In this document: piece by piece, positions 9,540-19,948 of the stretch
Numbering within the stretch: position 1 is the stretch's first letter
Layout of the letters: each line of letters starts with the position of its first letter
Sequence record: NZ_CP110908.1
Source: a plasmid
Length of the DNA: 64,000 bases
Direction: 5' to 3' (one strand)
Program-made: the position numbers and the translations under genes
The notes under the pieces: generated by a model
What the model saw: only the letters and a program-made list of their open reading frames with translations
The model's database searches: none
What the model was told of the DNA's origin: nothing

Positions 9540-11196
9540 GTGCGGGTTAAATCGATTAAGCTTACCAATTTCAAGAAATTCAAAGATGAACATTTTGAAT
9601 TCAACGATGACGTAAATATCTTTGTAGGTGATAACAACGCCGGTAAAAGTACTATTCTGGAAGCCCTGGAAATCGTACTGAATTACAGCTATCGAGGCCG
9701 CCCCTTCAACAGCGAGTTTACGCCAGACATTTTTAATAAGGATGCAGTGCAGCTTTTTTTGGCTTCTGATAAATCGGCCTCTATTGCCTGTCTTGGCAAT
9801 AGAGGCATTCATTGAGGGGGTGCCTGAATACCGGGGTACAAATAATTTCCTTAAAGCCGATGCTCAAGGGATCACGGTGCTGGTGCGCTTTGATGACACG
9901 CTCAAGGACGTTTACGCCGACCACTTACTGACAAACCCACACATTACGAGTATCCCGATCGAATTCTACAAGCTGGAATGGCTGGATTTCGGATGGAATC
10001 CTGTTAAAGCCGTAGCGAAGAAATTCAGGGCGTTATACATCGACCCAACTCGTATCCACCCCACTCTGGGTAAGAATCAGTACATCTCTACCATACTTAA
10101 TACCGCTTTAAAGAAAGAGGAACTGGTTAAGCTGACCCTCAATTATCGTGAGAATCAGCAGGTTTTTAACAACTCAGGTGAGGTCAGGACAGTCAACACC
10201 GGTCTGGATACGGACCACTTGATCACAGAAAAAAAGCTGTCCATTGCCGCAAGCACTTTACCAGCGGGATCTATTCATACCAGCCTTCAACTTGAAGTAG
10301 ATGATGTCCCTTTCCAGTTCATTGGCAAGGGTGAGCAGAGTAATGTGCAGATCAAGCTCGCGATTCAGAACAAGTCGAAGGATATCGATTTGGTGATGAT
10401 GGAGGAGCCCGAAAATCACCTTTCTCACACTAACCTCAATAAGCTGGTTCACTACATTGAAAATCAGCGGGGCGACAAACAACTCTTCCTTACCACTCAC
10501 AGCTCGTATGTGCTCAACAAGCTGAGCATTGATAAAATCTGCCTGGTTCAGTCGGGATACAAACGTCTGCATAAGCTTGCCCCTGCAGTGGTCAAAACCT
10601 TAAAGCGCTTACCGGGCTATGACACATTGCGCGTGGCACTGTCGCACAAAGTCATCCTTGTCGAGGGACCGTCAGACGAGTTAGTACTCAAGAAGATTTA
10701 CCACCGCAAGCACAACCGCCTGCCCGAGCAGGATGGTATTGATATCATCGTCGTGCGCGGAGTCGGGTTTGATACGTTCATCTCTGTAGGTATGGAAATT
10801 GGTACCCGGATAAACGTCCTCAGAGATAACGATGGCGACTATGAAGAAAACGTCGTGAAAGCGCGTGCCGATTATGCGGCCTATCCCAATATCAAACTTA
10901 TCTCCTCTGCCAAAAATGAGGAGTTTTCGCTTGAACTCGCGATGATATATGCCAATGCAACCGACTTGGTTACGCTGGACGCTTTCGCCAAAGTGGTGTT
11001 ATCGACACAAACGTTTAACCTCTACGATAAAGTAGTCGACTTAGATAAGCGACGCGACTTTCTGATCGACTGGTTTCGAAGCGTCCAGGGAAACGGTAAG
11101 GGCGCTCGCAAGGTCGATTCAGCTATCAAGCTGTTTGATGGCACTCTGAATTTCAGGTATCCACCTTTCCTCGATGAGGTGTTCGACTTTGCCTAA
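9540..11196 (+). pseudogene. gajA: Gabija GajA-like OLD-family ATPase / Toprim nuclease, frameshifted
   Basis: The N-terminal ABC-ATPase Walker A is FVGDNNAGKSTILEAL. The Walker B/D-loop region is IDLVMMEEPENHLS. A C-terminal Toprim domain is present (ILVEGPSDELVL...DIIVVRGVGFDTF). It is followed by an overlapping UvrD-like helicase gene. The reading frame is split between the ORFs at 9540-9815 and 9742-11196 at a run of 7 T (9754-9760). With 6 T the frame is continuous at about 551 aa. Confidence 0.7.
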
Positions 11197-11348
11197 TGAA
11201 TTCTGGATTGCCGGTGCAGGATCAGGAAAAACCCAAAAAGTCATTGAGGATGCCATTGAAGTCATAAAGGCGGGCGGACGCGTATTGGTCGTCACCTACA
11301 CCATGAACAACCAGGCAGAGCTCCGTTCTCGCTTTGTGGAATTGTACG
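11174..11348 (+). pseudogene. gajB: Gabija GajB-like UvrD/PcrA-family helicase, 5' fragment truncated by IS903-like insertion
   Basis: Overlaps the gajA stop. Carries the helicase motif I/Walker A (FWIAGAGSGKTQKV) and motif Ia (VLVVTYT). The ORF runs straight into the IS903-like inverted repeat at 11349. Confidence 0.65.
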
Positions 11349-12404
11349 GGGCTTTGTTGAATAAATCGAACTTTTGCTGAGTTGAAGGATCAGATCACGC
11401 ATCCTCCCGACAACACAGACCATTCCGTGGCAAAGCAAAAGTTCATAATCACCAACTGGTCCACCTACAACAAAGCTCTCATCAACCGTGGCTCCCTCAC
11501 TTTCTGGCTGGATGATGAGGCGATTCAGGCCTGGTATGAGTCGGCAACGCCTTCATCACGAGGAAGGCCCCAGCGCTATTCTGATCTCGCCATCACCACC
11601 GTTCTGGTGATTAAACGCGTATTCCGGCTGACCCAGCGGGCTGCGCAGGGTTTTATTGATCCCATTTTTGCCCTGATGAACGTTCCGTTGCGCTGCCCGG
11701 ATTACACCAGTGTCAGTAAGCGGGCAAAGTCGGTTAATGTCAGTTTCAAAACGTCCACCCGGGGTGAAATCGCACACCTGGTGATTGATTCCACCGGGCT
11801 GAAGGTCTTTGGTGAAGGCGAATGGAAAGTCAGAAAGCACGGCAAAGAGCGCCGTCGTATCTGGCGAAAGTTGCATCTTGCTGTTGACAGCAACACACAT
11901 GAAGTTGTCTGTGCAGACCTGTCGCTGAATAACGTCACGGACTCAGAAGCCTTCCCGGGCCTTATCCGGCAGACTCACAGAAAAATCAGGGCAGCCGCGG
12001 CAGACGGGGCTTACGATACCCGGCTCTGTCACGATGAACTGCGCCGCAAAAAATCAGCGCGCTGATTCCTCCCCGAAAAGGAGCAGGTTACTGGCCCGGT
12101 GAGTACGCAGACCGCAACCGTGCCGTTGCTAATCAGCGGCTGAGCGGAAGCAATGCACGGTGGAAATGGACAACGGAATATAACCGTCGCTCGATAGCGG
12201 AAACGGCAATGTACAGAATGAAGCAGTTGTTGGGAGATTCACTGACGCTGCGTGACTACGATGGTCAGGTAGCGGAAGCTATGGCCATGGTGCGTGCGTT
12301 GAACAGGATGACAAAGGCTGGGATGCCAGAAAGCGTGCGTATTGCCTGAAAATCCAGCCAGCTACAGGGTCGTTCGCACGAAATCTTATTTATTCAACAA
12401 AGCC
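11349..12404 (+). mobile_element. IS903-like insertion sequence (IS5 family, IS903 group), about 1056 bp
   Basis: The terminal inverted repeats GGCTTTGTTGAATAAATCG (11349-11367) and its complement (12386-12404) flank an IS903-type transposase. No 9-bp target duplication is seen (flanks are aattgtacg and catcggcac). Confidence 0.85.
11382..12358 (+). pseudogene. IS903-type DDE transposase, frameshifted in an A-run near 12056
   Basis: The first 227 aa match the IS903 transposase. The frame breaks at ...RRKK|SAR*. The downstream frame continues ISALIPPRKGAGYWPGEYADRNRAVANQR...MPESVRIA to 12358. The A-run has 6 A where an intact IS903 has 7 (recalled from memory). Confidence 0.7.
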
Positions 12405-12579
12405 CATCGGCACCCATCTGGTTTACCTGGTGGCGATCAAAAATATCATCCTGAGCCAAGAGGGACACGGCCTGATTTACTTTAAGCGCAGATTTCATCC
12501 GGTGTTAATTGAACAAGAAATAACCGTTTAATACCCCTTCGCCAGTCGAATTTCGGCTGGCGCTTATTTGTTTTCCACT

Positions 12580-12730
12580 CTCTGAAATTGAAACAATCAC
12601 TATCAGAAACTAATGTCCAATATACGCTTTTGCCCCCCCCCACCAGAGTTAATAGTCTTTCGGACTTTTCCCCTTTTTCAGAGCTGATTTCTGAAATTTG
12701 AAATGACACAATCTGCAAATTAATGTAATC
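12580..12730. repeat. Two ~36-bp imperfect direct repeats upstream of the capsule region 1 (TCTGAAATTGAAACAATCACTATCAGAAACTAATGT and TCTGAAATTTGAAATGACACAATCTGCAAATTAATGT)
   Basis: Found by direct comparison in the AT-rich, noncoding leader before the lipoprotein/kpsD genes. A C9 homopolymer (12633-12641) lies between them. Confidence 0.45.
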
Positions 12731-13015
12731 TTCGCCACACAAAAACACTTTCATGAATAATAAAAAACGATTTAGTTGTTTACTGAATAGTTTTTTATGG
12801 CAGCATCCTAAAGCAAATTGAACACTTTCTAACCGGAATCGTCATTTTCCGTGCGGTAGCCTACCTTTTTTTTGCCCTTTATTGCTTCATTTCCTCAGCT
12901 ATGCGCCTCTGCTCCCTGGCCTTCGGGTCAACTTTTTGGGCAATATAAACAGTCGGGTACCTACGAATTTTTATATTCACACGCCAGGTTCCGAATACAT
13001 GGAAAATATTTACAA

Positions 13016-13390
13016 ATGAAGAACGCAACTCGCCTTCTGGTGATTTCGCTCGCCCTCATCCTGAGTGGCTGTGCATATTCCCCGAAGCAGGTTGAAGCCT
13101 CAAGACCGCTTGTAAATCAAGCCGCTTCGACCGATCTCCACGCTATGGCAGCTAACCTGCAACAACCTCTGAACACCCTGCCGCAGGGCGCTACTCTTAG
13201 CGCCAATGGCACCACCTTTACCCTGGGTCAGCGCTATGTCTCTGCCCTGGGGCTGGAATGCATTGAACTGCTGCGTAACCGTAACTACAACCAGTCGCAG
13301 TGCGGCGTGACCTGCAAGAACGGTGATACCTGGTATCTGATACCGCAACTGGAACAGGCATCTGCCAGCAACTTGCTTGCCGTTCAATAA
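13016..13390 (+). CDS. Small lipoprotein of unknown function preceding kpsD
   Basis: Signal peptide plus lipobox (MKNATRLLVISLALILSGC). 124 aa from the internal Met. Its stop lies 2 bp before the kpsD start. Confidence 0.55.
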   Translation: MKNATRLLVISLALILSGCAYSPKQVEASRPLVNQAASTDLHAMAANLQQPLNTLPQGATLSANGTTFTLGQRYVSALGLECIELLRNRNYNQSQCGVTCKNGDTWYLIPQLEQASASNLLAVQ

Positions 13391-13392
13391 TT

Positions 13393-15171
13393 TTGAAGAG
13401 AAATGTTGTGAAGATAACGAAATTTCGGCAATTGAGTGCCATTCTGCTGCTGGCCTGCGCCTCTTGCGCTGCCATTGCCGCCCCTTCTAAGGAAGATGCT
13501 CAGGCCTTTGGAATGAACACTCCGGCAGATACCGGCGACGGCCGACTGCAACTCGGCGGTGATCAGGCGATGAGCGGTCAGGCGAACACCTCCTCTACCA
13601 CCGGGACTTTTACGCAGCAAAACCGCCAGGGCATGTTACTGCCGGGCGAGTCCGACGTGCGTAAATTACTCCCGCAGTCCGAGTCCGGTCTGCCCCCTCC
13701 TTACGGTGCCAACCTGTTTGCCGGTGGCTATGAAACCGAGCGCAGCGACGGTCTGACTGATAATTACCTGATCGCTCCCGGCGATAAGCTGAATATCTGG
13801 ATCTGGGGCGCAGTCAATTTCTCCAACGTCGTCACCGTTGATAATCAGGGTAATATTTTCATCCCTGATGTCGGGCCGATTAATGTAAAAAACGTAGCAG
13901 CAAGTAAAGTCAATAACTTAGTCACCAGCCACATCAGTGAAGTATTTACCAATAACGTTAATGTTTACGTAAATTTACTTACGGCAACGCCGGTCAGCGT
14001 ATTTGTGACCGGCCCGGTGATCCGTCCGGGGCAATATGCCGGCCAGTCTTCCGACAGCGTGCTCTATTTCCTGAAACGCGCAGGCGGTATCGACTCCGAT
14101 CGCGGCAGCTACCGTCATATTAAGGTGTTGCGTCAGAACCGGGTCATTCAACAGATCGACCTGTACGAGTTTATGCAGCAGGGCAAAATGCCGAAGCTGG
14201 CGCTGAAGGATCAGGACGTGATCCTGGTTGAACCGCAGGGGCCGATGATCAACGTGGCCGGTAAAGTGCGTAACCCGTTCCGCTTCGAGTTAAAGAACAG
14301 CAGCGCGCTGGGCTCCGAGCTTATCGATTACGCTCTGCCGCTCGCGAAGGTGAGCCACGTGGGCGTGATTGGCGATCGCGCCAGCGGCCCGTTCTCGGTC
14401 TATATGCCATATAAAGATTTTGATCGCATTCAGCTGAGCGACGGCGACAAAGTGCTGTTCAACGACGATATGCATGCCCAGGTTTACGACGTTCAGGTGA
14501 TGGGCAGCTACCGTGGGCCATCTTACTTCACCGTGCGTAAAGAGACCCGACTGCACGATCTGCTTAACCATATTCCGATTGACCCGAACATGGCAGATTA
14601 CGGCTCGATCTACATCATGCGTAAGAGCGTGGCCGCGCGGCAGAAAGAGATGCTGGAAGACTCCCTGAACCGCCTGGAGCGCAGCGTGTTTACCGCGCCA
14701 GCAAATTCCGACGGTGAGGCTTCCATTCGTACCAAAGAAGCCGAGCTGGTAATGCGCTTCGTGGAAAAAGCCCGCAAGATCCAGCCGCTGGGGAAAGTGG
14801 TGGTGTCGGATAAGGGCGTGATTGCCAACATCCTGCTGGAACAGGGCGACCAGATTGTGATCCCGAACAAGACCGACCTGATTCAGGTGGGTGGCGAAGT
14901 GATGATGCCGCAGGCGGTGGTCTACAACAAAAGCGCCACCCTGGAAGACTATGTGGCCTGGGCGGGCGGCTTTACCGATCGTGCAAACGATAAGCGTATT
15001 GCCGTGGTACATGCCAACGGGCTGATGGAGTTTAAAGACGGCGGTGATGTGATGGCAGGCGATCAGATTCTGGTCATGCCGAAAGTGGACAGCAAAATGA
15101 TGCAGTCCATCAAAGATATTACCCAGGTCATCTATCAGGTTGCCGTGGCGGCCAACGTGGTCCTGAATTAA
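13393..15171 (+). CDS. kpsD: KpsD-like periplasmic capsule polysaccharide export protein (Wza/OPX superfamily)
   Basis: 592-aa ORF with an N-terminal signal peptide and a polysaccharide-export (Poly_export/SLBB) region (LIAPGDKLNIWIWGAVNFSNVVTVDNQGNIFIPDVGPI). First gene of a kpsDMTE block as in group 3 capsules. Start is TTG at 13393 or GTG at 13408. Confidence 0.8.
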   Translation: MKRNVVKITKFRQLSAILLLACASCAAIAAPSKEDAQAFGMNTPADTGDGRLQLGGDQAMSGQANTSSTTGTFTQQNRQGMLLPGESDVRKLLPQSESGLPPPYGANLFAGGYETERSDGLTDNYLIAPGDKLNIWIWGAVNFSNVVTVDNQGNIFIPDVGPINVKNVAASKVNNLVTSHISEVFTNNVNVYVNLLTATPVSVFVTGPVIRPGQYAGQSSDSVLYFLKRAGGIDSDRGSYRHIKVLRQNRVIQQIDLYEFMQQGKMPKLALKDQDVILVEPQGPMINVAGKVRNPFRFELKNSSALGSELIDYALPLAKVSHVGVIGDRASGPFSVYMPYKDFDRIQLSDGDKVLFNDDMHAQVYDVQVMGSYRGPSYFTVRKETRLHDLLNHIPIDPNMADYGSIYIMRKSVAARQKEMLEDSLNRLERSVFTAPANSDGEASIRTKEAELVMRFVEKARKIQPLGKVVVSDKGVIANILLEQGDQIVIPNKTDLIQVGGEVMMPQAVVYNKSATLEDYVAWAGGFTDRANDKRIAVVHANGLMEFKDGGDVMAGDQILVMPKVDSKMMQSIKDITQVIYQVAVAANVVLN

Positions 15172-15225
15172 CCCTTATAGCGGGCTCGCCTCATCGCGGG
15201 CCCGTTCTGTTATATCGGCCTTCTC

Positions 15226-16026
15226 ATGCTTAAACCTGTTCTCAATCAAACGCCCCGCAGCTCGTTCCAGGTGCTGCGCGATGTAACGTTTGGCCTGCTT
15301 ATACGTGAACTGAAAACACGATTTGGGAGTTACCGACTGGGGTATGCCTGGGCGCTGTTGGATCCGTTGTTGATGATTGGTCTGTTTAGTGCGATTTTCG
15401 GGATGCGTGGACACAGTGGTTTTGGTGGCGCGCCTGCACCGCTCTTTATTACTGCGGGCTATCTGCCATTTATCTTTTTTAAGAATGTGGTAAGCAAGCT
15501 GCAATCGGCAGTCAATGCTAACAAAGGGTTGTTTTGCTATCGGCAAGTGACACCTTTCTCCACTTTTATCGCCCGGTTTATCCTTGAAACCATTGTTGGC
15601 ATGATCGTCGGCGGCATTCTTATCCTGGGATTATTATGGTTTGGGTTTGATGCCGTACCAGCTGACCCGCTGAAAATCATTCTTATCTATATGCTGTTTA
15701 TGGTTTTTTCGTTCTCATTGGGCGTCGTCTTTTGCATTACGGGCAACTTAGTTAACGAGGCCGAAAAATTCCTCGGTTTGTTAATGATGCCGTTAATGTT
15801 TATCTCCTGCGTTATGTATCCCCTGGCAAGTATCCCGTCACTGTATCAACACTGGTTTTTATGGAATCCCCTGGTACACGCCCTTGAGCTAATACGCTCT
15901 GGCTGGATTGCCGGCTACGCCAGCCCGAACGCCAGTTGGACTTATCTGTTTGGGGTGACACTGGTACTGCTAACGTTTGCTATGAGTAGCTATCGCCTGA
16001 GCCATCGCCGACTGATTGCCAGCTAA
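15226..16026 (+). CDS. kpsM: KpsM ABC-2-type capsule export permease
   Basis: 266 aa, six TM segments, ABC-2 signature (LLIRELKTRFGSYRLGYAWALLDP). Confidence 0.9.
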   Translation: MLKPVLNQTPRSSFQVLRDVTFGLLIRELKTRFGSYRLGYAWALLDPLLMIGLFSAIFGMRGHSGFGGAPAPLFITAGYLPFIFFKNVVSKLQSAVNANKGLFCYRQVTPFSTFIARFILETIVGMIVGGILILGLLWFGFDAVPADPLKIILIYMLFMVFSFSLGVVFCITGNLVNEAEKFLGLLMMPLMFISCVMYPLASIPSLYQHWFLWNPLVHALELIRSGWIAGYASPNASWTYLFGVTLVLLTFAMSSYRLSHRRLIAS

Positions 16027-16036
16027 GGGGGATAGC

Positions 16037-16687
16037 ATGATTGTTCTGGAAAACGTCTCTAAATATTACCCCACCAAATTTGGCCGCAATTATGTTTTGC
16101 GTGATGTAAACATTACTCTCCCTCGCGATCGCAACATCGGTATTTTGGGTGTTAACGGGGCAGGAAAATCTACCCTTCTTCGCCTTCTAGGCGGCATGGA
16201 TATGCCTAATAAAGGCAAGGTCACCCGCCACTGCCGTGTCTCGTGGCCCCTTGCCTTGAATGGAGGTTTCCAAGGAAGCATGACCGGACGAGAAAACACC
16301 CGCTTTGTTTGCCGTATTCATGGAGTAAGGGATACGCAAGCTATTGAGGAGTGGGTAAAAGAGTTCTCGGAAATCGGCCAGCACTATGAGTTGCCGATTA
16401 AAGGCTACTCTAGCGGGATGAGATCGAAATTTTCTTTTGCTGTAAGTATGGCCTTTGATTTTGATATCTATCTTACTGACGAAATCATGTCTGTTGGCGA
16501 TGCCCGATTTAAGCAGAAATGTATAGATACTTTTAACCAAAAACGCGAGACAGCCAGCCTGATCATGGTTTCACATGATATGAAGAACCTGCGCCAACAA
16601 TGCGATATGGGGATTTTGCTGCGCAACAGTGCTCTTGAGGTGTTCGATAATATCGACGACGCCATCCGCATTTATCAAAGTTTGTAA
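16037..16687 (+). CDS. kpsT: KpsT capsule export ATP-binding protein
   Basis: Walker A is GVNGAGKST and the ABC signature is YSSGMRSK. RBS AAGGGGGA precedes the ATG at 16037; the ORF track starts at 16016. Confidence 0.9.
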   Translation: MIVLENVSKYYPTKFGRNYVLRDVNITLPRDRNIGILGVNGAGKSTLLRLLGGMDMPNKGKVTRHCRVSWPLALNGGFQGSMTGRENTRFVCRIHGVRDTQAIEEWVKEFSEIGQHYELPIKGYSSGMRSKFSFAVSMAFDFDIYLTDEIMSVGDARFKQKCIDTFNQKRETASLIMVSHDMKNLRQQCDMGILLRNSALEVFDNIDDAIRIYQSL

Positions 16688-16702
16688 TCAACCGATAAAA
16701 TC

Positions 16703-17905
16703 ATGACCCAACCAATTCGTTCTAACAAAGCATCAGGAATGATGCGTAAGCTGCGCAAGTTAAAAACTAAACCAAAACATTTTATTGTCGACTCCAGTGG
16801 ATTCCGTCTTGCTCAGCAATCATGGAAACAGAGCCTTAAACTCGGCAGTTTCATGTGGGTAGTAGCCTTTTTTTCCATTGCCGTAGTCTATTTTGGTTTC
16901 ATCGCTTCGGATCGTTATGTAAGCCGGGCGCAGCTAGTCATTAAACAAGCTGACCAAATAAAAATGTTGCCTGACGCACTGTCAATGCTGGGCATTGGTG
17001 GAAGTAATCACGAAGATGTATTGCTGGTTCAAGACTATCTGAACTCTCCAGATATGCTTGCAAAACTGGATAAAGAGTTGGGTCTGAAAGCACATTATCA
17101 AAGTCATGATATAGATTATTTCTCTCGGTTATCAGGTGATGTAAGCCAGGAGGATTTCCTCAAATATTATCGGGATCATTTGTCATTGCGTCTCGATGAC
17201 CTCTCAGGTGTGCTTACAGTGGAACTGCAAGCATTTGATCCTGCTTATGGTCAACGCGTGGTGAACCTGATGCTTAAAGAGTCAGAGGGTTTCATCAATA
17301 AACTCGGACATCAGGTAGCACTGGAACAACTGGCCTTCGTCGAAAAAGAGGTCGATCGTGCTTATCAGCGTGTACAGGATGAAAAAGCGAAGGTTCTTGA
17401 TTTTCAGAACCAACATAATCTGATTAGCCCCGAATCGACCAGTACTGCCCGTCTGGGTGTGGTCAGCCAGATCGAAAGCGAACTGGCAAGCCAGCAGGCG
17501 CAGCTGAAACAGCTGCAGAGTTATATGAAGGACACGGCGCCTGCTGTCATTTCTATTAAGGCCAGAGTGGAGGCTTTAACTGAGCAACTGGCCCAGGAAA
17601 AAGCCAGACTTACTGGCACGGATCAAAATGCAATGAATGAAGTGACCGCTCGCTATATGGATATTCAGACTCAGGCTACTCTGGCCGTCGATCTTTATAA
17701 AAGCGGTCTTATCAGCCTGGAACAAGCTCGGGTTGAGGCGTACCGCAAGCTTAAACACTTGCTTGTTGTGAGCCAGCCAACGATTGCACAAGATGCAGAG
17801 TACCCACGACGCCTCTATAACCTTGCAACAATCGGTGTACTTCTTTGTCTACTGTATGGATTAATCGTGATGGGACTCGCGACACTTCGTGAACATCAGG
17901 ATTAA
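16703..17905 (+). CDS. kpsE: KpsE capsule export inner-membrane (PCP-3 family) protein
   Basis: 400 aa with an N-terminal TM segment, a long coiled-coil periplasmic region and a C-terminal TM, as expected of KpsE. Follows kpsMT. Confidence 0.85.
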   Translation: MTQPIRSNKASGMMRKLRKLKTKPKHFIVDSSGFRLAQQSWKQSLKLGSFMWVVAFFSIAVVYFGFIASDRYVSRAQLVIKQADQIKMLPDALSMLGIGGSNHEDVLLVQDYLNSPDMLAKLDKELGLKAHYQSHDIDYFSRLSGDVSQEDFLKYYRDHLSLRLDDLSGVLTVELQAFDPAYGQRVVNLMLKESEGFINKLGHQVALEQLAFVEKEVDRAYQRVQDEKAKVLDFQNQHNLISPESTSTARLGVVSQIESELASQQAQLKQLQSYMKDTAPAVISIKARVEALTEQLAQEKARLTGTDQNAMNEVTARYMDIQTQATLAVDLYKSGLISLEQARVEAYRKLKHLLVVSQPTIAQDAEYPRRLYNLATIGVLLCLLYGLIVMGLATLREHQD

Positions 17906-17979
17906 AAAAATATCTAAAATAATTGTTTCTTTATTTTTTGCATAACAATTGTGTTACAAAGTTAGGTAATGACTCCAAC

Positions 17980-18492
17980 TTATTGATAGTGTTTTATGTT
18001 CAGATAATGCCCGATGACTTTGTCATGCAGCTCCACCGATTTTGAGAACGACAGCGACTTCCGTCCCAGCCGTGCCAGGTGCTGCCTCAGATTCAGGTTA
18101 TGCCGCTCAATTCGCTGCGTATATCGCTTGCTGATTACGTGCAGCTTTCCCTTCAGGCGGGATTCATACAGCGGCCAGCCATCCGTCATCCATATCACCA
18201 CGTCAAAGGGTGACAGCAGGCTCATAAGACGCCCCAGCGTCGCCATAGTGCGTTCACCGAATACGTGCGCAACAACCGTCTTCCGGAGACTGTCATACGC
18301 GTAAAACAGCCAGCGCTGGCGCGATTTAGCCCCGACATAGCCCCACTGTTCGTCCATTTCCGCGCAGACGATGACGTCACTGCCCGGCTGTATGCGCGAG
18401 GTTACCGACTGCGGCCTGAGTTTTTTAAGTGACGTAAAATCGTGTTGAGGCCAACGCCCATAATGCGGGCAGTTGCCCGGCATCCAACGCAT
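17980..18492 (-). CDS. insB: IS1 InsB (expressed as the InsAB' frameshift fusion)
   Basis: ...[47 protein letters not shown]... is the canonical InsB. Confidence 0.9.
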
Positions 18493-18676
18493 TCATGGCC
18501 ATATCAATGATTTTCTGGTGCGTACCGGGTTGAGAAGCGGTGTAAGTGAACTGCAGTTGCCATGTTTTACGGCAGTGAGAGCAGAGATAGCGCTGATGTC
18601 CGGCGGTGCTTTTGCCGTTACGCACCACCCCGTCAGTAGCTGAACAGGAGGGACAGCTGATAGAAACAGAAGCCAC
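18425..18676 (-). CDS. insA: IS1 InsA
   Basis: [40 protein letters not shown]... is the canonical IS1 InsA. Confidence 0.9.
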
Positions 18677-18841
18677 TGGAGCACCTCAAAAACACCATCA
18701 TACACTAAATCAGTAAGTTGGCAGCATCACCCAAAGTTAGCTTGGTATATTTTCTAATACCAGCAAAAAGACTTCACATTACAATTCGTGGGAGAGTCTT
18801 TTTCCCACAATCTCTTCCATCATCCTTAAAATTTTACAGCT

Positions 18842-19948
18842 ATGCGAAAACTAAAAAAATTTTTTAGGCATCCTGGAATTTTTGTTCGGGATCATTTGAA
18901 TAAGAAATATCCAGTCATTCGTAATGAGATCGCATGCTCTGCGGATGAAGAACATATTTTAATTCGTCATGACCTCGAAATGGAGGCTCAGATCAAAATT
19001 GACTTCCCTATTGATGTTGTTTTTACTTGGGTAGATGATTCGGATCCAAAATGGCAAAAACGTTATAATTACTTTAAGCATTCAACAAATAAAGATAGCT
19101 TAGGTGAATATGCAACAGATCCGGCCAGATTTAGTAATCATGATGAGTTAAGGTATTCTCTTCAAAGCGTCTTAAAATTTTTACCTTGGGTTCGGCGAAT
19201 CTATATTGTTACTGATAATCAATGTCCGGAATGGCTCAAAGCAAGTGAAAAAATTAAGATAATTGATCACAATGAAATAATTCAAGAGCAATATTTACCA
19301 ACATTTAATTCTCATGTAATTGAAGCCCATTTACATAAAATTCCTGATTTAGCTGAACACTTTATCTATTTTAACGACGATGTATTCGTTGCAAGACCAC
19401 TTCCCCCAGGCCATTTTTTTAGGAGCAATGGTATTGCATCTTTGTTTATGTCGAAGAAAAGCCTTGCTGTTATGCAAGAAAAAGGCAAAAACACTCCTAC
19501 ACTTTCAGCCTCACTAAGATCAGCATCTATTTTAAATAATAAATTTAGTTTAATCATCGATAATCCTTTAGTACATACATATGTACCACTTCGAAGAACT
19601 ATGTTTGAAGAAGCATGGAAGGTTTACGAATCTGAGCTTTCAACGTTTCTATCTAATAAATTCAGGACGAATGATGACATCAATATGGCAACGTTTTTTG
19701 TACCTTGGTTATGTTATATACGCGGTACGGCTGTACCATCCAGGGATATTTGCTATTACTTCAATGTCAGATCCCCGGCGGCGGCAACATATTTTAAAGC
19801 CCTAGAAGTCGCTAAAAAGAAAGGAACTCTTCCACATTCTTTTTGTGCCAATGATTTTAATACAAAAATAACAGCCAACTCTGATTATAAAGGGTTGCTA
19901 GAATCCGCACTTAAGCAATATTTCGAACACGGTAATAAAAATGATTAA
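18842..19948 (+). CDS. Stealth-family capsule hexose-1-phosphate transferase (SacB/CsaB/XcbA-like)
   Basis: 368 aa with the Stealth conserved regions CR1 ([14 protein letters not shown]), CR2 ([15 protein letters not shown]) and CR3 ([12 protein letters not shown]). About 30% GC. Confidence 0.75.
   Translation: MRKLKKFFRHPGIFVRDHLNKKYPVIRNEIACSADEEHILIRHDLEMEAQIKIDFPIDVVFTWVDDSDPKWQKRYNYFKHSTNKDSLGEYATDPARFSNHDELRYSLQSVLKFLPWVRRIYIVTDNQCPEWLKASEKIKIIDHNEIIQEQYLPTFNSHVIEAHLHKIPDLAEHFIYFNDDVFVARPLPPGHFFRSNGIASLFMSKKSLAVMQEKGKNTPTLSASLRSASILNNKFSLIIDNPLVHTYVPLRRTMFEEAWKVYESELSTFLSNKFRTNDDINMATFFVPWLCYIRGTAVPSRDICYYFNVRSPAAATYFKALEVAKKKGTLPHSFCANDFNTKITANSDYKGLLESALKQYFEHGNKND

Larger units (their letters stand above)
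17965..18731 (-). mobile_element. IS1 insertion sequence (~768 bp)
   Basis: The terminal IRs are GGTAATGACTCCAACTTATTGATAGTG at 17965 and the GGTGATGCTGCCAACTTACTGAT complement ending at 18731. Flanked by a direct repeat caaagtta(g) at 17957-17965 and 18732-18740, so it is a simple insertion with a target-site duplication. Confidence 0.9.

Noticed and set aside
12855-12866. A full 39-bp JUMPstart element upstream of the capsule genes
   Set aside because: Only an 8-bp ops-like core (GCGGTAGC) is present, and the rest of the JUMPstart consensus is not recognisable. It is therefore reported only as a weak ops-like match within a finding, not as a feature.
14290-15012. 240-aa His-rich ORF antisense within kpsD
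   Set aside because: It lies inside a confidently assigned export gene. Its His/Val-rich composition is a mirror-image codon artefact.
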